DNA from: a virus
Taxonomy: Duplodnaviria; Caudoviricetes
Length of the DNA stretch: 64,000 nt
IMG/VR virus record: IMGVR_UViG_3300014043_000154
Span: 1,262 to 65,261 of that record
Strand: one strand, 5' to 3'
A model generated the notes under the pieces. That model was not told the origin of the DNA, searched no databases, and worked only from the letters and a program-made list of their open reading frames with translations. Position 1 is the stretch's first letter, and each line of letters begins with the position of its first letter. Positions 62,703 through 64,000 of the stretch are shown one piece after another. Position numbers and translations under genes: made by a program.

Positions 62703-63263
62703 CTAATACCTTTCGCTGTAGTTGACCTGTACTATGCGGTATGCTTTTTCGTCACCGACGTGGAACGAAGTCCCATCCTTGCAGTATATGTTCCACCCTT
62801 TCAGCGTTCCAGACCACTCAAAGCGGAACAGGTGCCTTTCCTCAATGACAAAACGTCCGTACTTATCACGTTTCGGATAATCAAAGCCAAATGAATTTCC
62901 AGATGTCGTGAGGATCCGGTTCCCACCGTATTCCTCTATTGTGAAATACCCATCCTCTTCTGACTGCACGGCAACGAACCGCTGCTTGTTCACTGTCTTC
63001 ACATACCTGTTATTGTTGATCGTTTTCTGCTGATAGCTGAGCTCTGCGGATATCTCGCGTGAAAGAGAGCCGTCCTTTGCGACCATCACAACCATGTCCG
63101 GATCGTCAAGATCGTAGAGCGTGATGACGGGATCGTATTTCCCGATACTGAAAGCCTCCTTCACGGTCTTCCGCTCATTCCCTGCAGCTATTTGCTGGTA
63201 TTCTCCAAAAAGTAGCGCTATCATCACTGTCACAATTATGGTTATCTTCATCATTCTGGCCAT
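62703..63263 (-). CDS. Exported/membrane-anchored beta-rich protein
   Basis: N-terminal hydrophobic signal MARMMKITIIVTVMIALLF; AGGAGG RBS. Confidence 0.6.
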   Translation of the reverse strand: MARMMKITIIVTVMIALLFGEYQQIAAGNERKTVKEAFSIGKYDPVITLYDLDDPDMVVMVAKDGSLSREISAELSYQQKTINNNRYVKTVNKQRFVAVQSEEDGYFTIEEYGGNRILTTSGNSFGFDYPKRDKYGRFVIEERHLFRFEWSGTLKGWNIYCKDGTSFHVGDEKAYRIVQVNYSERY

Positions 63264-63801
63264 ATGAATTCCTCCTACAAACGGCATAGTGTCCCGCCGA
63301 GTTCTGAAGAACAACAACCTCCGGCAATAAAACCTTCGGCTTGAAACTCTGGAAGATAGCATTTGAAAGGCACTGTACGAGGCGTTCGTCATCGGTCAGG
63401 TCTTCCCTTCCCATATGCACGAATATGGCGTGCAGGACCTCATGCGTAAGCGTTTCTTCCGTCAGTGCTTCGTTCATGTCAGCGTTCAGCGTGATCTTTG
63501 CCTTGCTGTACTCGACCTGCCCGAAGTGCGTGCCGCCAATAAAAGCGTCCTCCTTGAAAACAATCGTATGCGGGATCCCCATGATCATTATCTTCGAATT
63601 ATCCGGATACCTTCTGGCCGGCACCTTCCTTACCGGTCCTGCAGGTGCGTCCGCGTTCTTCTGTGTGCCATTACCACCCCCGCCGAGCCTTGCGATCGCG
63701 CACCTGATTGCATCGGCGAGCCCCGGGTGATAGAATTCCGTCGAATCAATATACTTCTTCAAACCTTCGCTAAGTATCTTCACTACTTCCTGATCAGTCA
63801 C
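63175..63801 (-). CDS. Protein with HEXXH zinc-metallopeptidase-like domain
   Basis: ETLTHEVLHAIF; the C-terminal tail overlaps the next gene. Confidence 0.55.
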   Translation of the reverse strand: MTDQEVVKILSEGLKKYIDSTEFYHPGLADAIRCAIARLGGGGNGTQKNADAPAGPVRKVPARRYPDNSKIMIMGIPHTIVFKEDAFIGGTHFGQVEYSKAKITLNADMNEALTEETLTHEVLHAIFVHMGREDLTDDERLVQCLSNAIFQSFKPKVLLPEVVVLQNSAGHYAVCRRNSYGQNDEDNHNCDSDDSATFWRIPANSCRE

Positions 63802-63841
63802 TTCAATCTCCTTTCTTATCCACTCGTTTTTGTTCAATCCG

Positions 63842-64000
63842 TTATTCCGCAAATGGATCCGGCGCTTCTTCTATTACCCATTCATCTTCAAGTGGGTCTG
63901 GCGCCTCTTCTACAATCCAATCGTCCGCAAACGGGTCTGGTGCCTCCTGCATAATGCAGTCATCAGCGAAAGGGTCTGGAGCCGGAACCCACTGATTAGA
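63842..64000 (-). CDS. Partial gene ending in acidic 13-aa tandem repeats
   Basis: Own translation ...APDPFADDCIMQE APDPFADDWIVEE APDPLEDEWVIEE APDPFAE*. Confidence 0.7.
   Translation of the reverse strand, partial: SNQWVPAPDPFADDCIMQEAPDPFADDWIVEEAPDPLEDEWVIEEAPDPFAE

Larger units (their letters stand above)
1..64000. mobile_element. Temperate siphovirus genome (partial), excised/circularly permuted form
   Basis: Contiguous integrase, repressors, replication, terminase, portal, capsid, tail and lysis genes; no host housekeeping genes; single att site inside the window. Confidence 0.95.

Noticed and set aside
63842-64000. 39-nt periodic sequence as a CRISPR mini-array
   Set aside because: Units vary at synonymous positions, spacers resemble each other, and the region translates cleanly as a peptide repeat
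1-64000. Stop-codon reassignment, tRNA genes, introns/inteins or IS elements
   Set aside because: Genes are intact under the standard code, terminase and capsid have normal lengths, and no cloverleaf or transposase was seen

Overview
The whole window is one temperate siphovirus genome of a Clostridia/Lachnospiraceae-type host. The head and tail genes are A118/SPP1-like and the genome is longer than the window. It is seen in its excised, attP-joined configuration: the lysis and accessory genes run directly into the integrase. In window order it holds minus-strand early/replication genes (beta-clamp, RecU, PcfJ/PcfK, replication initiator with iterons, a single-chain SbcD-SbcC), a lysogeny switch with face-to-face promoters, and an integrase with an attP whose core encodes a GuaA-like C-terminus. 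These are followed by an operator-controlled amidoligase/GGCT moron, lysis genes, a complete diversity-generating retroelement (RT, TR, VR with 18 of 18 substitutions at adenines, no avd nearby), tail, head and packaging genes. A five-gene Na+/solute symporter + 2 PP-loop (PAPS-reductase-like) + 2 ParB-like operon lies just upstream of the terminase. All family assignments come from motif recognition by eye; no database searches were run. Start codons were adjusted from the ORF track where an RBS supported a downstream start.
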